From: an uncultured delta proteobacterium
Lineage (GTDB): Bacteria > Desulfobacterota > Binatia > HRBIN30 > BPIQ01
Assembly: GCA_963761335.1 (NCBI GenBank)
Contig: CAVXGR010000004.1
Location: 64,001 to 128,000, forward strand
Length of the DNA stretch: 64,000 nt
Direction of reading: 5' to 3'
The position numbers were made by a program, and so were the translations under genes. This document shows, in pieces, positions 10,933-20,551 of this stretch. The notes beneath the pieces were generated by a model. That model saw only the letters and a list, made by a program, of their open reading frames with translations, searched no databases and was not told the origin of the DNA. The first letter of the stretch is position 1, and each line of letters starts with the position of its first letter.

Positions 10933-12447
10933 GTGGGACCTGCGGCCGTTCGTCTGCGCCTCACCGGACTCCGCAAGCGATTCGGCGCGCTGACGGCGCT
11001 CGACGCGGTGTCTCTCGATCTGCCGCCCGGCGAGATCCACGCGCTGCTCGGGGAGAACGGCGCCGGGAAGACGACTTTGATGAACGTCCTCTACGGCCTG
11101 CTGCCCCCGGACGGCGGCAGCGTGGAGCTCGACGGCCAAGCCGTTCTTCCGCGGACGCCGGCGGAGGCGCGCCGTCTGGGCATCGGCATGGTGCACCAGC
11201 ATTTCACCGTGGTCGAGCGGCTGACCACGGCGGAGAACCTGGCGATCAGTCTCAGCGAGGGCGGCATCGGCTTCCGGCCGGCGGTCATCGGCGCGCGCGC
11301 CATCGAGCTGGCGCGCCGCGTCGGCCTGGACATCGGCGATCCCGCGGCGCGGGCGGGCTCGCTCTCGGTGGGAACGCGGCAGCGCATCGAGATTCTGAAG
11401 GCCCTTGCCGCCGAGGTGCGGGTGCTGATTCTCGACGAGCCGACCGCGGTGCTGACGCCACAGGAGACGGCGCAGCTCTTCGCGGTGCTGCGGCGGTTGC
11501 GCGCCGAGGGCACGCTGGTGCTCTTCATCACCCACAAGCTGCACGAGGTGCGCGAGGTGGCCGATCGGGTGACGGTGCTGCGGCGCGGTCGCGTCGTCGG
11601 TACGGTATCGCCGTCGCAGGTCTCGGATGCGGAGCTGGCGGTGATGATGGTCGGCAGTCCGCTGCCGCCCGCGGCTCCCCGCGGCCGCGGCGCCGCGGGG
11701 GCGGAGATGCTGCGCCTCGACGAGGTTCGCTTCGACGAAACCGTCTCGCCGGGAGAGGGCATCTCGCTCTCGGTGCGCGCCGGAGAGATCGGCGGCATCG
11801 TCGGGGTCGACGGCAACGGCCAGACGGAGCTCTTCGAGCTTCTCTCCGGGCTGCGCTCGCCGGCGGCGGGAGTGGTGCGAATCGGTGGCCACGCCGTCGC
11901 CCGCTTCACGCCGGCGGCCATGCAGGCGGCGGGAGTCGGGGTGATCCCGCCGGATCGCCGCGCCGAGGGGCTGGTCGCGGCGATGAGCGCCGTGGAGAAT
12001 CTGGTTCTCAGCCGCGCTCTCCTGGCGCGTTTCTCGCGGCGCGGCGTGCTGCGGTGGCAGGCGATTCGCGCCTTCGGCGAGCACCTGGCCGAGGTCTATC
12101 AGCTGCGTCGCAGCGCCTTGGAGGCGCCGGCGGCGACGCTCTCCGGCGGCAATCAACAGCGGTTGATCGTGGCCCGGGCCCTGGCGGCGGAGCCGCGCGT
12201 TCTGGTGGCGGTCAATCCGACGCGCGGCCTCGACATCGCCGCCTCGCAGGCGGTGTACGAGGCGTTCGAGCGCTTTGTCGCCGCCGGCAACGCCGTGCTC
12301 CTCATCGCCACCGATCTCGACGAGGTGCTCGCTGTCAGTGATCGCGTCGCGGTGCTCTTTCAGCGGCGCCTGAGCGCGCCTCTGGAGCCACCGTTTCCGC
12401 TGCAGCGCATCGGCCTGATGATGGCGGGCGGACAGGCGAGGGGATAG
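10933..12447 (+). CDS. ABC transporter ATP-binding protein (CUT2, nucleoside/sugar type)
   Basis: GENGAGKTT, GMVHQHF, LILDEPT, LSGGNQQR, PTRGLD. Confidence 0.93.
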   Translation: MGPAAVRLRLTGLRKRFGALTALDAVSLDLPPGEIHALLGENGAGKTTLMNVLYGLLPPDGGSVELDGQAVLPRTPAEARRLGIGMVHQHFTVVERLTTAENLAISLSEGGIGFRPAVIGARAIELARRVGLDIGDPAARAGSLSVGTRQRIEILKALAAEVRVLILDEPTAVLTPQETAQLFAVLRRLRAEGTLVLFITHKLHEVREVADRVTVLRRGRVVGTVSPSQVSDAELAVMMVGSPLPPAAPRGRGAAGAEMLRLDEVRFDETVSPGEGISLSVRAGEIGGIVGVDGNGQTELFELLSGLRSPAAGVVRIGGHAVARFTPAAMQAAGVGVIPPDRRAEGLVAAMSAVENLVLSRALLARFSRRGVLRWQAIRAFGEHLAEVYQLRRSALEAPAATLSGGNQQRLIVARALAAEPRVLVAVNPTRGLDIAASQAVYEAFERFVAAGNAVLLIATDLDEVLAVSDRVAVLFQRRLSAPLEPPFPLQRIGLMMAGGQARG

Positions 12448-13502
12448 TGCGCTTCGCCGCCCAGGGGCTGCTGTCGACGGTGGTGGCGCTGCTCGCCGGC
12501 TTCGCCGTCAGTGCCGGCGTGGTCGCCGCCGCGGGATCGAACCCGGTGACCGCCTTCGGGGCGCTCTTCGCCGGGGCCTTCGGCAGCCTCGACGGCCTTT
12601 CCGAGGTCGCCGTGAAGACATGCCCGCTGCTGCTCACCGGTTTGTCGGTGGCGGTGGCGTTCCAGGCGGGAATCTGGAACATCGGCGCCGAAGGGCAGCT
12701 GCTTCTCGGAGCGCTGCTCGTCGCCGCCCTGGGGCCGCGGCTGGCGCCTTTGCCTGGCCTGCTGGCGACGCCGTTGCTGTTGCTGAGCGCGGCGCTGGCG
12801 GGGGGGCTGTGGGCGGTGCTCGCCGGGGTGCTCAAGATCTGGCGCGGCGTCAGCGAGGTGATCAGCACCATCATGCTCAACTTCGTCGCCACGGCCATGG
12901 TGGGGTATCTCGTGCAGGGACCGCTGATGGAGGCGGGCGGCCGCTATCCGCAGACCGACGCGCTGCCCGCCGCCTTTCGCCTGCTGCGGCTGGCGCCGCC
13001 GAGCCGCATACACACCGGCGTCATGCTGGCGGTGGCGCTGGCCCTGCTGCTCGCCGTGGTCGTGCGCCGCACCGTCTTCGGATACGAGATCCGCGCCGTC
13101 GGCTTCAACCCGCGCGCCGCGCGGCTCGCAGGTATCGCGGTCGAGTGGCGCGGTCTCACCGCCTTTGCCCTGAGCGGTGCGCTGGCGGGCCTCGCCGGAG
13201 GGATCGAGGTGGCCGGGGTCACCTACCGCATGTACGAGCGCTTCTCTCCCGGCTACGGCTTCACCGGCATCGCCGTCGCCCTCCTCGGCCGCCTCGATCC
13301 CCTGGGGGTGCTCGCCGCGGGCGCCTTCTTCGGCGCCCTCGATGCCGGCTCCAACTCCATGCAGCGGAGTGCCGGGATCTCCGCGGTTCTGGTCTCGGTG
13401 ATCCAGGCGACGGTGATTCTCTTTCTCGTCGGCCTCGAGAGGCGGCGCTGGCTGCCGGCGAGCAAGAGGGCGGAGGGCGCCGATGCAACCGATCCTCGCT
13501 AG
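12447..13502 (+). CDS. Nucleoside ABC transporter permease
   Basis: WNIGAEGQ, EVISTIMLNF, GYEIRAVGFNPRAARLAGI, GYGFTGIAVALLG. Confidence 0.92.
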   Translation: MRFAAQGLLSTVVALLAGFAVSAGVVAAAGSNPVTAFGALFAGAFGSLDGLSEVAVKTCPLLLTGLSVAVAFQAGIWNIGAEGQLLLGALLVAALGPRLAPLPGLLATPLLLLSAALAGGLWAVLAGVLKIWRGVSEVISTIMLNFVATAMVGYLVQGPLMEAGGRYPQTDALPAAFRLLRLAPPSRIHTGVMLAVALALLLAVVVRRTVFGYEIRAVGFNPRAARLAGIAVEWRGLTAFALSGALAGLAGGIEVAGVTYRMYERFSPGYGFTGIAVALLGRLDPLGVLAAGAFFGALDAGSNSMQRSAGISAVLVSVIQATVILFLVGLERRRWLPASKRAEGADATDPR

Positions 13503-14409
13503 CCTCTTGGCGTCGACCGTCAAGATGGCGGTGCCGCTGCTGCTCGCCGCGCTCGGCGAGGTGATTGCCGAGCGCGGCGGCATCATCAACATCGGCATCG
13601 AGGGGAAGCTGCTCGCCGGCGCTTTCGCCGCCATGGCCGTGGCCCACGCCACGGCATCGCCGCTCCTCGGCGTGCTGGCCGGCGTCGGCGCCGGCCTGGT
13701 GCTGGCGCTGGCGGCCGGCTACCTGATCGTGTCGCGCGCCGCCAATCAGGTGGTGGTCGGCACCGCGGTCAATCTGCTGGCCTTCGGCGTGACCGGCGTG
13801 GCCTACCGCGCCATCTTCGGGGTGACCGGGGCGGCGTTGACCGTTCCCGGACTGCAGGCACTGCGTCTGCCGCTGCTCTCCGATCTGCCGCTCCTCGGCG
13901 AGGCGCTGTTCGACCAGACCTGGGTCGGCTATCTCAGCTTTGCGCTGGTGCCGGCGGTCGCCGTGTTTCTCTGGCGCACGCTCCCGGGCGTATGTCTGCG
14001 AACGGTCGGCGAGGATCCGCACGCCGCCGCGGCGCAGGGCATCTCGGTGGAGCGAGTGCGCCTGGCGGCGTTGCTGGCCGGCGGGGCGCTCGCCGGGCTG
14101 GCGGGGGCCTATCTGGCCGTGGGATACGCGCGTACTTTCGTCGAGGGCATGTCGGGTGGCCGCGGCTTCATCGCCCTCGCCATCGTCGTCTTCGGTCGTT
14201 GGTCGCCGCTGGGCGTGCTCGTCGGGGCACTTCTCTTCGGCTTCGCCACGGCACTCCAGTTTCACTTCCAGGCGATGGGCTTGGCCGTGCCGTATCAGTT
14301 CTTCCTGGCGCTGCCCTACGTGCTGACGCTGCTCATCCTCGCCCTGTTCGCCAACCAGGCGACCGCGCCGGCGGCACTCGGTGTGCCCTACGAGCGGGCG
14401 AAGTCGTAG
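13483..14409 (+). CDS. Nucleoside ABC transporter permease
   Basis: ERGGIINIGIEG, ANQVVVG, GRGFIALAIVVFGRW, LPYVLTL. Confidence 0.92.
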   Translation: MQPILASLLASTVKMAVPLLLAALGEVIAERGGIINIGIEGKLLAGAFAAMAVAHATASPLLGVLAGVGAGLVLALAAGYLIVSRAANQVVVGTAVNLLAFGVTGVAYRAIFGVTGAALTVPGLQALRLPLLSDLPLLGEALFDQTWVGYLSFALVPAVAVFLWRTLPGVCLRTVGEDPHAAAAQGISVERVRLAALLAGGALAGLAGAYLAVGYARTFVEGMSGGRGFIALAIVVFGRWSPLGVLVGALLFGFATALQFHFQAMGLAVPYQFFLALPYVLTLLILALFANQATAPAALGVPYERAKS

Positions 14410-15010
14410 ACGGCCGCTCGCCGCGCCGCCGCCGCACCGTGGCGCCGCGGGCGGCGCGCATCTGCCGCAGCCGGGTCACCTGAGCTTCGAGGAGATCGTC
14501 GGCGCGCGCCAGCAGCTTGCTGTTCTTGGTGAAGCGCTCGATCATGTAGCCCAGGTCGCCGAGGTCGTGAATGAGCAGGCGAGCGGCGCGCTCGCGCTCG
14601 GCCTCTCCCTTGAGCGCCTCCAGCAGCTCGAGCACCACGTCCTCGATCTCCGAGCCCTCGATCTCGAGGGCCATCTCGAAGGCGCGCTCCAGGTCGACGC
14701 CCCGATCCACCTCGCGGTGCAGACGTTTGAGGAGGGCGCGCAGGTGCTGCACGCGCGCCGGGGTGAGGGAGACGACCAGGGCGCGATCCGAAGCGCCGTC
14801 GAGCAGACCCGTGACCAGTGCCAGCGCGCCGAAGTGGCGCGACTCGTGTTGCGCCATGTCGAACCAGAAGGCGCGCAGGGCGGCCTGCTCGGCGAAGCGG
14901 CACTCGAACTTGCAGTACAGCTGCATGGTCTGCCGCTCGAGCTCCATGGCGTCGGCGATCAGCTTGCGGAGCCGGGCCGGCGCCAGAGGTTTTCGGGAGG
15001 TCAGGGACAT
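14333..15010 (-). CDS. Ferritin/rubrerythrin-like helical protein
   Basis: AMELERQTMQLY, MAQHESRH and ALEIE motifs; 3' tail overlaps the convergent permease by 77 bp. Confidence 0.6.
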   Translation of the reverse strand: MSLTSRKPLAPARLRKLIADAMELERQTMQLYCKFECRFAEQAALRAFWFDMAQHESRHFGALALVTGLLDGASDRALVVSLTPARVQHLRALLKRLHREVDRGVDLERAFEMALEIEGSEIEDVVLELLEALKGEAERERAARLLIHDLGDLGYMIERFTKNSKLLARADDLLEAQVTRLRQMRAARGATVRRRRGERPSTTSPARRAHRVPPARSPGWRTGRG

Positions 15011-15043
15011 ATCCCCCCGCCTAGCTGAGGTGGTGCGGCAGAG

Positions 15044-15373
15044 TCAACGCGGCTCGCGCCCGCGTCCACCCATGCGGCCGCGCGGCCCGTGATCGGAGCG
15101 GCGCGGCTCGCGCGGCGGTCGCGGCGCCTGCGGGCGGGCCTCGTTCACCACGAGCTCGCGCTGCTCTAGCTGGTGACCGTTGAGCGAGGCGATCGCCTTC
15201 TGTGCTCCTTCGTCGTTCTCCATCTCGACGAACGCAAAGCCGCGCGACTGCCCCGAGAACTTGTCGCGGATGATGTTGACCGCCTGAACCTCACCCGCTT
15301 CCTCGAAGAGAGCGCGCAGCTCGTCCTCGCTGGTCTTGAAGGGGAGGTTTCCCACGTATAGCTTCGTCGCCAT
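15044..15373 (-). CDS. RRM-domain RNA-binding protein
   Basis: KLYVGNL (RNP2), RGFAFVEM (RNP1), VNEARP. Confidence 0.93.
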   Translation of the reverse strand: MATKLYVGNLPFKTSEDELRALFEEAGEVQAVNIIRDKFSGQSRGFAFVEMENDEGAQKAIASLNGHQLEQRELVVNEARPQAPRPPREPRRSDHGPRGRMGGRGREPR

Positions 15374-15473
15374 CGCTCGCGCCTCCTTACTTTCTGCCGG
15401 CTCGACTTCCGGCAATCTCGGGCGCGGACTCTACTTCCAGCCGCTCGGGGTAGTCAATACGTGTTTGGCGCGA

Positions 15474-16694
15474 TCAGCCGATCCCGCCGCCGAGGCCGCC
15501 GAGGCCTTCGAAGACGCGGCGGGAGACGACGATGCGCTGCACCTGGCCGGTGCCCTCGAAGATGTCGAAGACCTTGACGTCGCGAAAGAGCTTCTCCACG
15601 TGGTTGTGGTGCAGGCAGCCCTCGGGGCCAAGGAGGCCAACGGCCTCCGAGCAGACGCGGGTGGCGATGGTGCCGGCATAGCCCTTGGCCATCGATGCCT
15701 CCTTGGAGTTGGGTCGCCCCAGATCGGCCAGCCACGCCGCCTTCCAGGCGAGCAGGCGTCCCGCCGTGATCTGCCGCTCCATGTGGAAGAGGCGCTCGCG
15801 CGCCAACACGGCTGCCGGCAGGGCGCTGTTGGCGCCATAGACGTCTTCGACCCACTTGCGGGCCATCTCGAAGGCGGCGCGGGCAATGCCGATGGCGAGG
15901 ATGGCGACCAGCGGGCGAGTGGTGTCGAAGAAGGCCATGGCGATCTTGAAGCCGGAGGCGCCGCGCTGCTCGTAGTAGGCCTCGCCGCCGAGGAGATTGT
16001 CGCGGTGGACACGGCAGTCCTCGAGGACGAGCTCGGCGGTCTCCTGGGCGTGCAGCCCCATCTTCTTCTCGATGCGGCCGACGCGGAACCCCGGGGTCCC
16101 CTTCTCGACCACGAAGGTGCGGTGTCCGGCGCGGCCGAGGCTCTTGTCGGTGGTGGCAAAGACCACCACCCAGCTGGCGCGGGCGCCGTTGGTGATGAAG
16201 CATTTCGTGCCGTTGAGGACGTAGTGGTCGCCGTCCTTGACGGCGGTGGTGGCGATGTTGGCCACATCGGAGCCGGCGCCCGGCTCGGAGAGGCCGTAGG
16301 CCCCCCAGCGCAGCTGTGACTTGTCCTTGAACACGCCGAAGAAGCGCTCCTTCTGCTCCGGCGTACCCGTGGCCGCCACCGGCGGCGCCCCCAGGCCGGC
16401 GCCGGGGATGTTGGTGAGCACGGCTGGATCGCCCCACGCCATCTCCTCGGCGGCGATCACCGCCATGCGATTGCTCTGCTTCGGCTTCTTTTCGCCGCCG
16501 TCGCTGCCCTCGTCGGGGCCGCTGAGCCCGCCGCCCTGGGCGCTGCTCATGCCGTAGAGCTCGCGCAGGAAGTCGTCGGGATAGCGGCCGCTGCGGTCCG
16601 CCTCGAGAGCCAGGGGCCGCACCCGGTTCTCGGCGAACCAGTGAGTCATCTCGCGCAGCGCCTGCTGCTGCGGGCTGAGGGTAAAGTCGATCAT
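15474..16694 (-). CDS. Acyl-CoA dehydrogenase
   Basis: MIDFTLS, GLSEPGAGSD, LNGTKCFITNG, KMGLHAQET, EKLFRDVKVFDIFEGTGQVQR. Confidence 0.93.
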   Translation of the reverse strand: MIDFTLSPQQQALREMTHWFAENRVRPLALEADRSGRYPDDFLRELYGMSSAQGGGLSGPDEGSDGGEKKPKQSNRMAVIAAEEMAWGDPAVLTNIPGAGLGAPPVAATGTPEQKERFFGVFKDKSQLRWGAYGLSEPGAGSDVANIATTAVKDGDHYVLNGTKCFITNGARASWVVVFATTDKSLGRAGHRTFVVEKGTPGFRVGRIEKKMGLHAQETAELVLEDCRVHRDNLLGGEAYYEQRGASGFKIAMAFFDTTRPLVAILAIGIARAAFEMARKWVEDVYGANSALPAAVLARERLFHMERQITAGRLLAWKAAWLADLGRPNSKEASMAKGYAGTIATRVCSEAVGLLGPEGCLHHNHVEKLFRDVKVFDIFEGTGQVQRIVVSRRVFEGLGGLGGGIG

Positions 16695-16778
16695 CGCTGA
16701 GAGTTGTAGTGAATCGCGCCCAGGTCGTCCAGAGGAGAGACCCTCGATCGTGAGGCTGTCCCAAGACCTAGCGAATAG

Positions 16779-16962
16779 AAACGCAAAGGCGCAAAGACGC
16801 AAAGGCGCAAAGCCGGTGTGCCCAGAGACGGTGGTCCGGCTTCCGCGAGCGGAGAGAAGAGGATCATCCAGCTAGCTCTCGCCTGCAGAGCGTCTGCCTC
16901 TGCGAACGGGAATGCCGCCGAATGTCAGCCGCCCGGCTTTGCGGCTCTGCGCCTTTGCGTTC
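16779..16962. repeat. Inverted octamer arrays (CGCAAAG[G/A])n ... (CTTTGCG)n
   Basis: aacgcaaaggcgcaaagacgcaaaggcgcaaagccgg (from 16780) and ccggctttgcggctctgcgcctttgcgtt (from 16933). Confidence 0.7.
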
Positions 16963-17134
16963 CTCTCCGCCATGCGGTGCCTCCCTCCGTCTGACCGCAT
17001 CGGCCGCCCAACATGGCGATGCATTCTTGAGACAATCGCTCGAACCCCGGGGGGAGCCGACTCAGACCGTGTCAAGCGCCAGCTCTCCCTTTACATCGCG
17101 GCGCCGTTCGGCTCATAAGGCGGCTGTGGGCTGC

Positions 17135-18523
17135 GTGCGCATCGACGGTCGCATCGTGCTGGCGGCGCTTGTCTGCGCCGTGCTCGCCGCCGGCTGCGAC
17201 GATGGGAGCCCAGCCGCGGCGCAGCATCCGCTGCCCTGCGCGGCAGCGGATTCCTACGGTTGCCTGCAATCTTCTCCCGGCGCCCCTATCGGCGAGACGC
17301 TGGCGGTCAACACCCACTACGGGCCGCAGGTTGATCACGCCGCCCTGGCGCAGCTCCACGCCGCCGGAGTTCACATCCTGCGCAACGACCTCACCTGGGC
17401 GAACATCGAGCGCTCCCCCGGCGAGTACGACTTCGAGTCCAGCGGATACGACGATCTGGTCGAGGCGGCGGAATCGGAAGGGCTCCACCTCCTCTTCATC
17501 CTCGACTACGGCAACCCGCTCTACGGTCCCGAGCGCGCCGTGGTCAGCGACAGTGGGCGGGCCGCCTTCGCTGCTTTCGCCGAGGCGGCGGCGCGCCGCT
17601 ACGGCGGCCGCGGGCACAGCTGGGAGATCTGGAACGAGCCCAACGGGCCCCAGTTCTGGAACGGGCCGGGTATCGCCCCGGATACCGCGGAGTACGCGCA
17701 GCTGGTCGAAACGACCGTCCCGTCACTTCGCCGCGCTGATCCCTCGGGCAAGATCCTCATCGGCGGCGTCTTCTATGGACTGGCGGCGGCGATCGAGGCG
17801 CTCGGCGGCGTCGGAGGTCCCACCTTCGTGCAGGAGCTGGCGGACAGCGGCGTGCTGGCGCTGGCCGACGGCGTCACCGTGCACTTCTATCGCTCCGCGG
17901 CGCCGGAGACCGTCGCCACCGACGTCGAGCAGATACGCGCCGTCTTCGCGCAGGCCGGCGCCGACGTGGAGCTGTGGAGCGGCGAGTGGGGATACAGCAC
18001 CTACGATCCCACGGTGCCGCCGACCGGCCTGAACTTCCTCTTGGCCGTCGATCCTGATCGCCAGGCGAGCTACGTGGCGCGCATGATGTTGACGGACGAC
18101 CTTCTCGATATTCCCGCGAGCGTCTATTACCAGGACCGCGACCCGCCTGACCCCAGCCCCGGAGACATCGAGGGACACTGGGGTCTGGTGCACGCCGACC
18201 TCACCCCCAAGCCGGCCTATGACGCTCTCTTCACCCTGAACCGCCTGGTCGGCAGCGCGCCTCGGCTCGGAACCCTGTCGCTCGCCGCCGGCGAGCACGG
18301 CGTCGTGTTCGATGGAGGGCAGGGGCGGGTGACGGCGCTCTGGACGGAGAGCGAGGCGAGCTGGACGATCCATCCCACCGCCGACGAGGTTCACATCGTC
18401 GGTCGCGACGGCGACGACGTTACCCCGGAAGGCGCCCCGGATGGCTCTCTCTCCGTCAGCCTGCAGTCCGAGGGCGGACCGATCTACATCGCCGGCGACT
18501 TCGACATCGAGTCGGGAAAGTAG
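17135..18523 (+). CDS. Clan GH-A glycoside hydrolase lipoprotein (GH39/GH5-like)
   Basis: Lipobox LAAGC, WEIWNEPN (acid/base), WSGEWGY (nucleophile), WGLV..DLTPKPAY. Confidence 0.8.
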   Translation: MRIDGRIVLAALVCAVLAAGCDDGSPAAAQHPLPCAAADSYGCLQSSPGAPIGETLAVNTHYGPQVDHAALAQLHAAGVHILRNDLTWANIERSPGEYDFESSGYDDLVEAAESEGLHLLFILDYGNPLYGPERAVVSDSGRAAFAAFAEAAARRYGGRGHSWEIWNEPNGPQFWNGPGIAPDTAEYAQLVETTVPSLRRADPSGKILIGGVFYGLAAAIEALGGVGGPTFVQELADSGVLALADGVTVHFYRSAAPETVATDVEQIRAVFAQAGADVELWSGEWGYSTYDPTVPPTGLNFLLAVDPDRQASYVARMMLTDDLLDIPASVYYQDRDPPDPSPGDIEGHWGLVHADLTPKPAYDALFTLNRLVGSAPRLGTLSLAAGEHGVVFDGGQGRVTALWTESEASWTIHPTADEVHIVGRDGDDVTPEGAPDGSLSVSLQSEGGPIYIAGDFDIESGK

Positions 18524-18580
18524 CGGGCCGCTGGCTCGCGGGCCTTTAGCTTCGAGCAGGCTTCCCAGCGAACCAGAACA

Positions 18581-18722
18581 ATTCTCCATTCTCATCCCCG
18601 GTTCTCGTCCCGTCGTTCCATTGCTCTGCGAGCCGCGTGATCTGGGTCCGCTCCTGGGGCTACCGGAGCTTTCAGAGAAACGGAAAGCGACGGGATGAGA
18701 ACCGGGGATGAGAATGGAGAAT
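18581..18722. repeat. MITE-like element, copy 2
   Basis: attctccattctcatccccggttctcgtcccgtcgtt ... gcgacgggatgagaaccggggatgagaatggagaat. Confidence 0.7.
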
Positions 18723-18752
18723 GTAAGAGCCCAACACCTCAACAGCCCGGTC

Positions 18753-18828
18753 GGGGACAGGCACCTTTTCGGCGGCGAAGGCGAAAGGCATTTCCGGTCG
18801 TTCCTGCGCCGAAAAGGAGCCAGTCCCC
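18753..18828. repeat. GGGGACAGGCACCTTTT...AAAAGGAGCCAGTCCCC palindromic repeat
   Basis: Same family as 9706-9866 and 28657-28736. Confidence 0.75.
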
Positions 18829-18870
18829 TCGCATTGGACTTCGCCGTCGCGTTCGGCGATGAAATGAAGC

Positions 18871-20550
18871 ATGGGGATGAAGTTCGAGGAAGCCGTCGCA
18901 TCGCTCACCGCACCCGGGAAGCCGTTCGCCATCGCCGAGAGGGAGATCGGCGGCCGCACGACCAAGGTCTTCGAGAATACACCGCCCTCGCTGCGGGCGA
19001 TCTTCGACGGCGCCCGGGCGCACGGCGACAAGACCTTTCTCGTCTACGAGGACGAGCGGCTGAGCTTTGCCGAGGTCATGGCGCGCGCCGACGCGCTGGC
19101 GGCGCTGCTGGTGGAGCGCTACGGCGTGCGCCGCGGCGATCGCGTCGCCATCGCCATGCGCAACTACCCCGAGTGGATCATCTCCTTTGCGGCGATCACC
19201 TCGATCGGCGCCATTGCCGTGGCCCTCAACGCCTGGTGGAAGACCGAGGAGATCGGCTACGGCCTGCGCGATTCGGGCAGTGCGGTCCTGATCGCCGACC
19301 CGGAGCGCCTCGAACGCAGCGCCGCGCTGCTCGAGCCGCTCGGCATCCGCGCTCTGGTGGTGCGCAGCCGGGGGCCGCTGCCAGCGGGCGTCGATCGCTT
19401 CGAGGAGGTGGTGCAGCCCGGGCCGCGCCTGCCCGACTCTCGGCCGGAGCCGCACGACGACGCCATGATTCTCTACACCTCGGGCACCACCGGCGAGCCC
19501 AAAGGCGCCGTGTCGACTCACCACGCCGTGCTCAGCGCGCTCATGGCCTTCGCCTGTCGCGCCGCCGTGCGCGACGCCATGGCCCCGGAGGAGAAGGAAG
19601 GACATCCGTATCCGCCGAGCTTCATACTGGTCGTGCCGCTGTTTCACGTCACCGGTCTGGTGCCGGTGATGCTCAGCGCCTTCGCCAGCGGCACCAAGCT
19701 GGTGATGGTGTACAAGTGGAGCCCGGAGCGCGCTCTGGAGCTGATCGAGCGCGAACGCGTCACCATCTTCGTCGGTGTACCGACGATGTCGTGGGACCTG
19801 CTCGAGTCGCCGGACTTTGCACGCCGCGACACCTCGAGCCTGCTCAACGTCGGCGGTGGCGGCGCACCGGCGCCGCCGGAGCTGGTGCGCCGGGTCGACA
19901 AGGCCTTCCGCAAGGCGCGGCCCGGAATCGGCTACGGCATGACCGAGACCAATGCCTTCGGCCCGCAGAACTCCGGCGACGACTACCTGCGCAAGCCGAC
20001 CAGCACCGGGCGCGCCGTGCCCATCCTCGACCTTCGTGTGGCCGGCGACCGAGGCCAGCCGCTGGGCGCCGGAGAGGTGGGGGAGATCTGCTTTCGCGGC
20101 CCCAACCTGATCCGCGGCTACTGGAACAAGCCGGAGGCGACCGCTGAGACGATCGTCGACGGCTGGCTGCGCAGTGGCGACATCGGCCGCATCGACGAGG
20201 AGGGCTTCGTCTACGTGCAGGATCGCGCCAAGGACATGGTCATCCGCGGCGGCGAGAACATCTACTGTGCCGAGGTCGAGGCGGCTCTCTACGAGCATCC
20301 CGACGTGTACGAGGCGGCGGTCTTCGGGCTGCCGCACCAGCGGCTGGGCGAGGAGGTGGCCGCTGCCGTGCGCCCCAAGCCCGGGCGCAGCCTCGAGGTC
20401 GCCGAGCTGCAGCGGTTCATCGGCGAGCGTCTGGCGGCGTTCAAGGTGCCGAGCTACGTCGAGATCCGCACGGAGGAGCTGCCGCGCAACGCCTCCGGCA
20501 AGATCATGAAGCGCCACATCCGCGAGACCGTCCTGGCGCGGCGGGGGTGA
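18871..20550 (+). CDS. Class I adenylate-forming enzyme (long-chain acyl-CoA ligase-like)
   Basis: YTSGTTGEPKG, GYGMTE, GWLRSGD, DRAKDMVIRGGENIY, PRNASGK. Confidence 0.93.
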   Translation: MGMKFEEAVASLTAPGKPFAIAEREIGGRTTKVFENTPPSLRAIFDGARAHGDKTFLVYEDERLSFAEVMARADALAALLVERYGVRRGDRVAIAMRNYPEWIISFAAITSIGAIAVALNAWWKTEEIGYGLRDSGSAVLIADPERLERSAALLEPLGIRALVVRSRGPLPAGVDRFEEVVQPGPRLPDSRPEPHDDAMILYTSGTTGEPKGAVSTHHAVLSALMAFACRAAVRDAMAPEEKEGHPYPPSFILVVPLFHVTGLVPVMLSAFASGTKLVMVYKWSPERALELIERERVTIFVGVPTMSWDLLESPDFARRDTSSLLNVGGGGAPAPPELVRRVDKAFRKARPGIGYGMTETNAFGPQNSGDDYLRKPTSTGRAVPILDLRVAGDRGQPLGAGEVGEICFRGPNLIRGYWNKPEATAETIVDGWLRSGDIGRIDEEGFVYVQDRAKDMVIRGGENIYCAEVEAALYEHPDVYEAAVFGLPHQRLGEEVAAAVRPKPGRSLEVAELQRFIGERLAAFKVPSYVEIRTEELPRNASGKIMKRHIRETVLARRG

Positions 20551-20551
20551 A

